Shown here piece by piece: positions 56,414 to 64,000 of a stretch of 64,000 nucleotides of DNA. A program made the translations under genes and the position numbers. Position 1 is the first letter of the stretch. Every line of letters starts with the position of its first letter. The stretch is taken from IMG/VR virus record IMGVR_UViG_3300028864_000014, positions 1-64,000 of that record. One strand, 5' to 3'. The notes below the pieces were generated by a model. That model ran no database searches. It was not told the DNA's origin and saw only the letters and a program-made list of their open reading frames with translations.

Positions 56414-57064
56414 ATGATAACAAATTTTAAAAATTTTAATATGAATGAATCTCTATCAAATTTTGACTTGAGCAAATTAGTAACGATTATATCAATAAAT
56501 AAAGACTCAGAAGGAAACTGGATTTATAAAACAGATGATAGAAAAGAATTTAAACTACCAAAAGAACAAGCAGGAAAATTAACATTGATTGATGATAATT
56601 TTGCAAATTTTGTAAACTCTGGACATCCAATAACAAAATATTTCGAAATAACAGATGATAATATTATATCATATGTAGCGAATTTTGCTGTTGATGCTGT
56701 GGCTTTAAGAGAGGGTAGGGTTTATCTAATAGAAAGGCAAGACGGTAGAGGCTGGGCTTTACCAGGAGGCTTTATTGATGCTGGAGAAACACCTCAGCAA
56801 GCAGTTCTAAGAGAACTAACTGAAGAAACAAAGGCAAAGAGTGATGACATTAAAAGTATAGAGTCATTAGATATGATTAGAACTAATGATCCAAGAGAAA
56901 TAAATTTCTTCACATTTCCTTTTGTTATTCATATAAAAAATACATCAGAGCTATCATTTGATGATGATGCAAAAAGTGGAAAATGGATGTTATTAAATAG
57001 GGCGTCAAAATCACAATTAGCATTCTCTCATCACAATGATATTCTCAAAAAAGTATCATTCTAA
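56414..57064 (+). CDS. NUDIX hydrolase with CTS-like N-terminus
   Basis: Start re-assigned to MITNFKNFNMNES; WALPGGFIDAGETPQQAVLRELTEET. Confidence 0.85.
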   Translation: MITNFKNFNMNESLSNFDLSKLVTIISINKDSEGNWIYKTDDRKEFKLPKEQAGKLTLIDDNFANFVNSGHPITKYFEITDDNIISYVANFAVDAVALREGRVYLIERQDGRGWALPGGFIDAGETPQQAVLRELTEETKAKSDDIKSIESLDMIRTNDPREINFFTFPFVIHIKNTSELSFDDDAKSGKWMLLNRASKSQLAFSHHNDILKKVSF

Positions 57065-57080
57065 TTGTCAAAAAGATCAT

Positions 57081-57114
57081 AAAAAAAGCTGAAATTTAAA
57101 TTTCAGCTTTTTTT
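57081..57114. terminator. bidirectional intrinsic terminator
   Basis: aaaaaaagctgaaatttaaatttcagcttttttt. Confidence 0.8.
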
Positions 57115-57589
57115 ATAAATTAAATTTAGAAGTGTCTTTATATAGATTAAAATAAGTCAGATTAATATTAGAAATAATGTTATTTACATCATTCTGTTTA
57201 ATAATACTTGAAAAACTATAATATTCACCATAATCTTCTTTTGGCGACATTATATGTCTTAAAAATGATAGAGTATATGACCATTTATCTTCATAAACTT
57301 TTTTTACAGATTTACCCCAATGAAAATCTATTTTAATATCAACATTATTAATTATAGTAAAAAGAACATAAAAAATAACATCAAATTCTGATGTAGGAAA
57401 ACTACATCTATTAATAGTTATCATATGTTCATAATCTGGAGGTGAATTTGTAGAATAAAATAAATCAGTATCAATAGTTTTTAAAAAATCAACAATTTTA
57501 TCACCTAACTTAATTACTTTATAATGAGAATCAAGATGAGCCACAAATTCTTCAGTATAAACTACATGTTCCTCAAATTTTATAATCAT
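57113..57589 (-). CDS. KFN[LI]-tag family protein
   Basis: MIIKFEE ... SKFNL. Confidence 0.8.
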   Translation of the reverse strand: MIIKFEEHVVYTEEFVAHLDSHYKVIKLGDKIVDFLKTIDTDLFYSTNSPPDYEHMITINRCSFPTSEFDVIFYVLFTIINNVDIKIDFHWGKSVKKVYEDKWSYTLSFLRHIMSPKEDYGEYYSFSSIIKQNDVNNIISNINLTYFNLYKDTSKFNL

Positions 57590-57592
57590 AAA

Positions 57593-58054
57593 TTATATGT
57601 TAAATTTTTTAATGTCATTTGAAAGATCATATTCTTTAATTGACAATTTTTTAATTAAATATGGAATATCAGTAATATTTATTGAACTATGAAAAGAATA
57701 ATATTGAAAAGTGTTATCAAAAGGCAATAGTAGTTTTTTAATAAACAGCAAAAAATCTTCACATTTTATCATATCTGTCATCCGACTGCAGTTTTCTATA
57801 TCTATTCTAATAGAAGGAGTATATTCTATCCAATCAAATTGTTCATCTTTAATATAAAATGATATACTGAAAATTTCACCAAATGAAATATTGTTTTTAT
57901 AAAAAGTTAATTTATAATATTCATTATCCGCACGCCAACTGGATTGACATTCAATATTCTCACCTTTAATAATATGGTTAAAAATCAACAAAAAAGATTT
58001 TGCCAATTTTTCAACGTATTTTTTTGAATTATAGCAATTATAATTATACATCAT
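57593..58054 (-). CDS. KFN[LI]-tag family protein lacking a clear CTS
   Basis: Ends KKFNI. Confidence 0.75.
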   Translation of the reverse strand: MMYNYNCYNSKKYVEKLAKSFLLIFNHIIKGENIECQSSWRADNEYYKLTFYKNNISFGEIFSISFYIKDEQFDWIEYTPSIRIDIENCSRMTDMIKCEDFLLFIKKLLLPFDNTFQYYSFHSSINITDIPYLIKKLSIKEYDLSNDIKKFNI

Positions 58055-58851
58055 TACAATTTATTTAATTTTTCTTGTGATTTTTTAATTGATATCTCAG
58101 CAGATTTTATTCTGTCTTGTTTCCAATAAATATGCTGTCTTTTCCAACTATCAACACAACTATCAACATATTCTTTTTGATGTATTTCCCAACTCTCTTT
58201 AGTATAATTTTGCTTTGCATAACAATCATCACTTAATGCATTCCATGTAGTTAACAATAACCGTCCATGTTCTCCTTTTATCAACAAATCAATAATTTCA
58301 TCATCTGTCAATACAATAGATTCTGATATTTCTTTTTCACAAGAAGATATTATATTTTTATCATATTCTATTTCTTTTTGTAATTTTTCTTTTTTATTTA
58401 ATTTTTTAATTTTTTCTGAATAAATATTTGTCAATTCAGTATTATTAGTTTGAGGTAAAGTGGTTTTTGTAATATACCTGTAATGAGCTTTTTGAATATT
58501 ATAGCCACCTGCAATAATAACTTCGGTTGAGAAATTGTGAATCACTTCATCTCTTTCAATTTTTGCAATAATCTCAAGATTTCCTTTATTAGAATAACGT
58601 GTGCTTAAATAAATAAGTTTATCTGTTGTCTTTGTGTATTTTTCAATTGATCTTATCATATCAAATACCAAATACAATATAGTATTCTCCTTTTGAAATT
58701 CAGTAAAATATCTACCAGTTTCTTCATAAAAATTTTCTTCATATTTAACCATCAATTTTTCTAAAGTTGGTTCAATTGTAGTAAGAATCTTATCAATCAA
58801 CTCATTCTTAAACTTAATATCCAAAAAGCCTTTATAATTTAGAACACTCAT
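58054..58851 (-). CDS. hypothetical protein
   Basis: 265 aa; EVIIAGGYNIQKAHYRY; behind the promoter at 58890-58921. Confidence 0.7.
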   Translation of the reverse strand: MSVLNYKGFLDIKFKNELIDKILTTIEPTLEKLMVKYEENFYEETGRYFTEFQKENTILYLVFDMIRSIEKYTKTTDKLIYLSTRYSNKGNLEIIAKIERDEVIHNFSTEVIIAGGYNIQKAHYRYITKTTLPQTNNTELTNIYSEKIKKLNKKEKLQKEIEYDKNIISSCEKEISESIVLTDDEIIDLLIKGEHGRLLLTTWNALSDDCYAKQNYTKESWEIHQKEYVDSCVDSWKRQHIYWKQDRIKSAEISIKKSQEKLNKL

Positions 58852-58889
58852 GATTATATATTTTTAATTATTAATTATTAATTTATACA

Positions 58890-58921
58890 CAAAGATAATA
58901 CATAATCAAATGATAATCAAA
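58890..58921 (-). promoter_or_regulatory. Bacteroidota housekeeping-type promoter
   Basis: TTTG-N20-TATCTTTG. Confidence 0.65.
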
Positions 58922-58945
58922 AATAATCATTCATATTAAGGATTA

Positions 58946-60178
58946 TTAATCAATGTTACTATTAATATACAAGGTCTCTACATTTTTTATTTTATTAGTT
59001 GAAATTAGTGTATCTTTATTATCATATATTTCTTCATTTTTCAATGAATTATCAACTTGTTTATTATCAGGATATAAATTTTCATTTTTTAATTTATTAT
59101 CATAATATACATTTTCAAATAATTTTTCATTTGTTAATTTATTATTAGAATCTACATTTTTAAATATATCTGAATCCCTCAATTTATTATGAGAATCCAC
59201 ATTTAAATACAATTCTTCATAATTTAGTGTATTATCTATTTCTATATTATTATACATTTTTTCATTAGTTAAAACATTATTATATTCAGAATTTTTAAAT
59301 ATCTCTTCATTACTCAAAGAATTATTTACTATTATACTATCATCAAACAAACTTTCATTAGACAATATATTATTCACTATTGTATTTTCATCATATAATT
59401 GCTCATTTGTTAATTTATTATCAGAACCTATATTTTTAAATAAATCTTCATTAATAAGTTTATTATCTGAACCTATATTTTTAAATAAATCTTCATTGAT
59501 TAGATTATTATTTGATTCTATATTTTTAAATAAATCCTCATTAATTAAAGAATTATTCGATATAGTATTTTCATCATATAATTGCTCATTTGTTAATTTA
59601 TTGTCTGAACCTATATTTTTAAATAAATCTTCATTGATTAGATTATTATTTGATTCTATATTTTTAAATAAATCCTCATTTGTTAATGTGTTGTCTGAAC
59701 CTATATTTTTAAATAAATCTTCATTTGTTAAAGAATTATTATCTATTATATTATTAAATAATATTTCTTTATTTGGAGTTTTAATTATATTTATATTTTT
59801 AAATAATATCTCTTTTCTTGGTGTTTTAATTACATCTACATTTTTAAATAATATTTCTTTTCTTGGTGTTTTAATTAGTGAATTATTAGTAAATAAATAT
59901 TCTTTATTTGGAGTTTTATTTCTTGATATGACATTTTCTGAATTACCAGTAACATCATCATTAACTCCAAATTCATATATAGATTTTGGAGGAGTTTTAG
60001 TTCTTGCTACAACAATTTCATAATTTCCAGTAACATCACCCAATAATTTTCTTCTGATATTTATTGATGATGGTTGAGTATAAACAGTTTCATTATTAGG
60101 TGTTAATCCTAATAATCCATGATTATTAACTACAATATTATCAATTACATAATTATTATTTAAATTACCCATTTCCAT
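58946..60178 (-). CDS. Asn-rich protein made of about 15-aa tandem repeats
   Basis: TPxKEILFKN and LxNEDLFKNIxSxNx repeats, 45-nt period. Confidence 0.8.
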   Translation of the reverse strand: MEMGNLNNNYVIDNIVVNNHGLLGLTPNNETVYTQPSSINIRRKLLGDVTGNYEIVVARTKTPPKSIYEFGVNDDVTGNSENVISRNKTPNKEYLFTNNSLIKTPRKEILFKNVDVIKTPRKEILFKNINIIKTPNKEILFNNIIDNNSLTNEDLFKNIGSDNTLTNEDLFKNIESNNNLINEDLFKNIGSDNKLTNEQLYDENTISNNSLINEDLFKNIESNNNLINEDLFKNIGSDNKLINEDLFKNIGSDNKLTNEQLYDENTIVNNILSNESLFDDSIIVNNSLSNEEIFKNSEYNNVLTNEKMYNNIEIDNTLNYEELYLNVDSHNKLRDSDIFKNVDSNNKLTNEKLFENVYYDNKLKNENLYPDNKQVDNSLKNEEIYDNKDTLISTNKIKNVETLYINSNID

Positions 60179-60617
60179 CTAATTTTCTTTTCTTAATCAT
60201 TTCCTCAATATATTGATCAGTAGGCAATTTAATACTTGGATCTGACTTCTTAATAGGTTTATCAGAATTATCTTTAATACCTTCTTTATCATTTATCTCT
60301 TTAACTATTGAAGCTAAATATTGTTCTGGACTCATTTTTAAATCATCATCAGTATAAATCATACCATAAACAGTATCATCATTAAATATATAAAATTCTT
60401 TTGATGATAAAGTAAAATCTTGATAAAAAATCAACTTACCTATTGAACCATATGTCAGAACTTGTTTTCCTGTCATTTCCAAATATTTATTCATAAATGG
60501 ATCTTTAATTCTAACTGTTTCTTGTTTTAAATCAATAAAATTTTCTCCCAAATTCATTTTAAAAATTGATATCTTTCTAAATATATTTAGCATTTGTGTA
60601 TTTGATACTATTATCAT
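60165..60617 (-). CDS. hypothetical protein
   Basis: 150-aa ORF. Confidence 0.65.
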   Translation of the reverse strand: MIIVSNTQMLNIFRKISIFKMNLGENFIDLKQETVRIKDPFMNKYLEMTGKQVLTYGSIGKLIFYQDFTLSSKEFYIFNDDTVYGMIYTDDDLKMSPEQYLASIVKEINDKEGIKDNSDKPIKKSDPSIKLPTDQYIEEMIKKRKLDGNG

Positions 60618-61165
60618 TGTGTATAAATATTATCTTTTAAGTCATTTTTATCTGTTCCTTCGTCATCTGATTTATCTTTTAATTGACCTAATTTATCAAT
60701 CATAAAATCTTCTTTTATATCTTCAACATCAACCTCTTCGACCAATTCTCCTTTTTCTTCCATTTCATCGTTAAATTGATGAATTTTCAATAATATTTTA
60801 TTTATTTCCAATGCTTTACCTTCAGTTGGAGTTTCAATTGGAGCAGCACCTTGTTCTTGAGATTGAGAATTATCAGTTCCTTTCATTTGATCTAGTCTAA
60901 CCATAAATATAACTCTATATCTAAAAAATGAATCTTCATCTTCATCTTTATCTTCAGTTTCTTCTATAGGTTCAGAAAAATTAAAAATTAAAAATTTTTC
61001 CATTGGATTAGAATTAGAAATATCTATTTGACCATCCAATGAGCAGCCTTGAGCAGCCAATGAACCTTCACTAAACCATTTTTCGATTTGAGATTTTAAT
61101 TCCTTAAAAAATACTGTTATTTTATAATCAGCAGATTCTACATATTCTTCAAAAAGTTTCTTCAT
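60614..61165 (-). CDS. acidic protein with CTS-like N-terminus
   Basis: MKKLFEEYVES. Confidence 0.7.
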   Translation of the reverse strand: MKKLFEEYVESADYKITVFFKELKSQIEKWFSEGSLAAQGCSLDGQIDISNSNPMEKFLIFNFSEPIEETEDKDEDEDSFFRYRVIFMVRLDQMKGTDNSQSQEQGAAPIETPTEGKALEINKILLKIHQFNDEMEEKGELVEEVDVEDIKEDFMIDKLGQLKDKSDDEGTDKNDLKDNIYTQ

Positions 61166-61241
61166 TTATAATAATTATTTTAAAGTATATATAAAAATAA
61201 CTTCATAGAAAATCACATAAAAAAATTAATATATAAGAAAC

Positions 61242-61598
61242 ATGAAGTATATTAAAAAATTCGAAGGTTCTAATGAAAAAGGTAAATTTTGGAAAATAAA
61301 TACAGATGAGCCATATTTTGAAATATCATTACATAAACTTGGATTTGATGACTCAATAAAGGAGACAATTTACAGTATGAATAACTACCACATAAAAAAT
61401 AGCGGGTTAGTTTATATTTATATAATTGACACAAACACATCATGGATGGGAATATCTGTAACATGGAGTCAAGTTTCAGATTTCAGAAAAGATACTGCAA
61501 TAGAAAACGGTAATGAGTATATGGGAGAAGTCGATATAACAGAAGAAGATATTAAAAAATGGAAACTAATTAAAACAGCCGAAAAATTTAATTTATGA
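61242..61598 (+). CDS. KFN[LI]-tag family protein
   Basis: MKYIKKFE ... EKFNL. Confidence 0.8.
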   Translation: MKYIKKFEGSNEKGKFWKINTDEPYFEISLHKLGFDDSIKETIYSMNNYHIKNSGLVYIYIIDTNTSWMGISVTWSQVSDFRKDTAIENGNEYMGEVDITEEDIKKWKLIKTAEKFNL

Positions 61599-62236
61599 AA
61601 TATCTAAAAGCATTTGAATCAGAAGTATCATCAGGTAATGCATCAGGAAAGGCTGGGGTTGGATCAATTCCATTTGGAAGAGGTTATATGCAATCAGGTG
61701 GAAACAATGGAGCCAGTGGCATAGTATTCACTGCGGTTGGAGAACCATCTTATACTACATACAAAAGTATGAAGCATTCGAAAAAAGAATTGAAAGAGAA
61801 AAGAAGAAGATTGAAAATGTATAAAAAATTCAAAAAAGATTCTATAATATCAGAGAGAATTGTTGAGATTGATCAAAGTTCATGGAATTGGGGATCAGAA
61901 ACAAATGATGAAAATATAGGCAAATATGTTATAATGAATGAATTTGAAAAAGATGCATTTGCATCTACTAGAGAAAATAAAAAAGAATTAAATGATTTTG
62001 TTAAAAATAATAGTGGTAAAATAGTAGCATCAAAAAAATCAGGAGTTGGTGTTACTTATATGATAAAGTATAATAATATACCTGAGTATTTAAAAAAATA
62101 TTTTGTTAGTTTTAACTTTACAAATGACGCAGAACATAAATATATGAGAGCAATAAAAAGACATAACACAATTGAATTCATAGGATCAAAAGAAGAATGT
62201 GAAATTAAAATATCAACAAAAAAATATAATTTATAA
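61595..62236 (+). CDS. KFN[LI]-tag family protein with Gly-rich N-terminal module
   Basis: MKYLKAFES ... KKYNL. Confidence 0.8.
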   Translation: MKYLKAFESEVSSGNASGKAGVGSIPFGRGYMQSGGNNGASGIVFTAVGEPSYTTYKSMKHSKKELKEKRRRLKMYKKFKKDSIISERIVEIDQSSWNWGSETNDENIGKYVIMNEFEKDAFASTRENKKELNDFVKNNSGKIVASKKSGVGVTYMIKYNNIPEYLKKYFVSFNFTNDAEHKYMRAIKRHNTIEFIGSKEECEIKISTKKYNL

Positions 62237-62679
62237 TGATAATACATTTCAAGGAATTTATAACAGAAGGATTTTTAAATATATTCAATAAAAAAAAAGA
62301 ATCTATTGAAAATGATAATGAGAAAATTCTCAGAATGATTTATGATAAAGAGCCAGAACTACAAAAGTATAAATTTGAAGTAGATTCTTGGAATAGAAGA
62401 GGAGATTTATTACCAAGAGAAAAAAGAAATGATGAAATAATAACCAACCTAAATGGAATTGATGTTATTTTTGATACAGTAACAAAAATTTACGAAATTT
62501 CTATTGCGCCTAGATACGATTTTGATTTTTCTCTTAGAATACTCAATTTAATTGATGAAAATTATGACACACTTTCTCATAATTTATACAAATCTAGTAT
62601 ATCAACAAAATCAATATTATTCACAGAAATGAGTGAAGAAAGAAAATTTGAATTAGACACAAAAAAATATAATCTATAA
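62236..62679 (+). CDS. KFN[LI]-tag family protein
   Basis: MIIHFKEFITEG ... KKYNL. Confidence 0.8.
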   Translation: MIIHFKEFITEGFLNIFNKKKESIENDNEKILRMIYDKEPELQKYKFEVDSWNRRGDLLPREKRNDEIITNLNGIDVIFDTVTKIYEISIAPRYDFDFSLRILNLIDENYDTLSHNLYKSSISTKSILFTEMSEERKFELDTKKYNL

Positions 62680-62680
62680 G

Positions 62681-63073
62681 ATGAAAAAATTTGATGAATT
62701 TATAAAAGAAGATGCATTTGCAACTATGGGAAACACAGGAGGAATGGGTGCTATTGTAGCTGCTCAACCAGGAAGTATTCCAGGATCTCAAGGAACTACT
62801 GGTTCTGGTGATATTAGTCAGCCTCTTGCTACATATTCTAAACCCGTAGTAAATTTAAAAAGACATAAAAAATCTAAGAAAAATAAAATGAGAAAAGTAG
62901 AATCATTTGATATTTTCATGAAAGAAGAAAATGAGATAATAGACAATTTCACTGCAAGATATTATGATAATTATGATGATGAAGAAGAACCAAGTTATGA
63001 AGTAAATATTCAAGATATTGAAGAAAATAATATTAAAAAAATTCAAATGTACGAAAAAGATGAAAATAAATAA
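62681..63073 (+). CDS. CTS-bearing Gly-rich small protein
   Basis: MKKFDEFIKEDAFATMGNTGGMG. Confidence 0.7.
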   Translation: MKKFDEFIKEDAFATMGNTGGMGAIVAAQPGSIPGSQGTTGSGDISQPLATYSKPVVNLKRHKKSKKNKMRKVESFDIFMKEENEIIDNFTARYYDNYDDEEEPSYEVNIQDIEENNIKKIQMYEKDENK

Positions 63074-63356
63074 ATTTAGCCAACTAAATGAATCTAATGA
63101 AATACCATATAATAAATCATTAGGATATGATATGTCAATGATAGATTATCTAGCCAAAAGTTTTCAATTATGGACAGATGCATAAGATTTATCACCAAAA
63201 TCCGCTGATGAATATAGCATAGATGAATTAACAGATGTTCAGTATGATTATATAAAAAAATTCATAATTTTATGGGATTCAACTGAAGAATTTGAGAGAG
63301 ATTATAATATAAATGGAATTAAATTAGAACAAAAAGCAAAAAAATTTAATATATAA
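63060..63356 (+). pseudogene. KFN[LI]-tag family gene interrupted by an in-frame TAA at 63183-63185
   Basis: MKINKFSQLNES...WTDA*DLSPK...QKAKKFNI in one frame. Confidence 0.75.
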
Positions 63357-63367
63357 AATAAGAAATA

Positions 63368-63913
63368 ATGGATAGTATAAGATCAAAATATCAGAAATAT
63401 GGAGTTAAAAATTTCTATGAATGGAATTTTGATCAATATAATAATCCGCATGAGCCAATAATACAAAAATCAATAAAATTTGTAAATGATAATTGGAATA
63501 TAAATTTCAACAAATCATTAGATTTGGCTGCAGGTAAAGGAGAAATTTCTAAAACATTAATAAATCTTGGATATAAAAACATTGATGCTTGTGATGCATA
63601 TTCATGTGATTACTACAAAACAAACGACAACACAAAATGTGAAAAAATATCATTTGATGATATCATAAACGGTTCATTAGATAATAAAAAATATAATATC
63701 ATAATTTGCAGTTTTGCACTACACTTATTAGAGCAATCAAAATTACCAACATTTCTATATAAATTAACTCAAATTAGTAACCAATTACTAATATTATCAC
63801 CTCACAAAAGACCAGAAATAAGAGAAGAATGGGGCTGGAAACTTCAAAATGAAATAGTTATAGAAAAAGTCAGAACTAGACTATTTGATAATATTTTTTC
63901 TAAACAATCTTAA
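63368..63913 (+). CDS. Class I SAM-dependent methyltransferase
   Basis: SLDLAAGKGE motif I, IDACD, IICSFALH. Confidence 0.8.
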   Translation: MDSIRSKYQKYGVKNFYEWNFDQYNNPHEPIIQKSIKFVNDNWNINFNKSLDLAAGKGEISKTLINLGYKNIDACDAYSCDYYKTNDNTKCEKISFDDIINGSLDNKKYNIIICSFALHLLEQSKLPTFLYKLTQISNQLLILSPHKRPEIREEWGWKLQNEIVIEKVRTRLFDNIFSKQS

Positions 63914-63953
63914 TAATTTTTTATATAACATTATAAAATAAAATTATAAAATA

Positions 63954-64000
63954 ATGGACTATAAAAAGGATTATTATAAAGAATTAGGATTAAATAAAGA
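63954..64000 (+). CDS. DnaJ-domain protein, 3' truncated by the window
   Basis: MDYKKDYYKELGLNK matches the J-domain start (DYYxxLG). Confidence 0.6.
   Translation, partial: MDYKKDYYKELGLNK

Noticed and set aside
59300-59900. CRISPR-like regular repeats
   Set aside because: Repeats are contiguous, in-frame 45-nt coding units without unique spacers; ORF 59496..60023 is their antisense shadow
63343-63356. KFNI tag as a by-product of an embedded TAATATATA promoter (aaa ttt aat ata taa contains it)
   Set aside because: True for a few members, but most use synonymous or Leu codons (ttc aat ttg, aat cta, ttc aac ata) that destroy the DNA motif while keeping the peptide
1-64000. Stop-codon reassignment as seen in some Bacteroidota jumbo phages
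   Set aside because: Core genes are full length in the standard code, TGA and TAA both end genes, and no suppressor anticodon is present; the single internal TAA at 63183 is not a pattern

Overview
64 kb of a very AT-rich, gene-dense large T4-related myovirus (jumbo phage). Evidence: tail sheath and tube, baseplate gp5/gp26/gp51/gp53-like genes, gp41 helicase, UvsX, class II RNR, MoxR-VWA pair, ECF sigma factor and GH19 endolysin. Repeated TTTG-N19/20-TAnnTTTG promoters and no obvious Shine-Dalgarno sites point to a Bacteroidota host. The genetic code appears standard. Main finding: an unannotated 36-aa leader ORF (3774-3664, minus strand) has 21 consecutive codons drawn only from Thr/Gly/Ala/Pro/Val/Arg/Ile. 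It is coupled to mutually exclusive antiterminator and terminator hairpins and sits directly upstream of a tRNA array whose anticodons cover exactly those seven amino acids. This looks like a ribosome-stalling attenuator that switches on a phage tRNA operon when those tRNAs run short. The array itself is unusual: Gly/Thr/Pro tRNAs with long variable arms, A34 anticodons, a pair of D-armless Arg tRNA-like genes sharing an identical insert, and a 191-nt tRNA-like RNA. Second major theme: about 21 small unrelated proteins share a C-terminal K-[FY]-N-[LI] tag, and most also have an N-terminal motif like the T4 capsid-targeting sequence. Also present are a second RKxK[IL] C-terminal family and several apparent pseudo-enzymes. 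All calls come from motif recognition by eye; no searches or folding programs were run.
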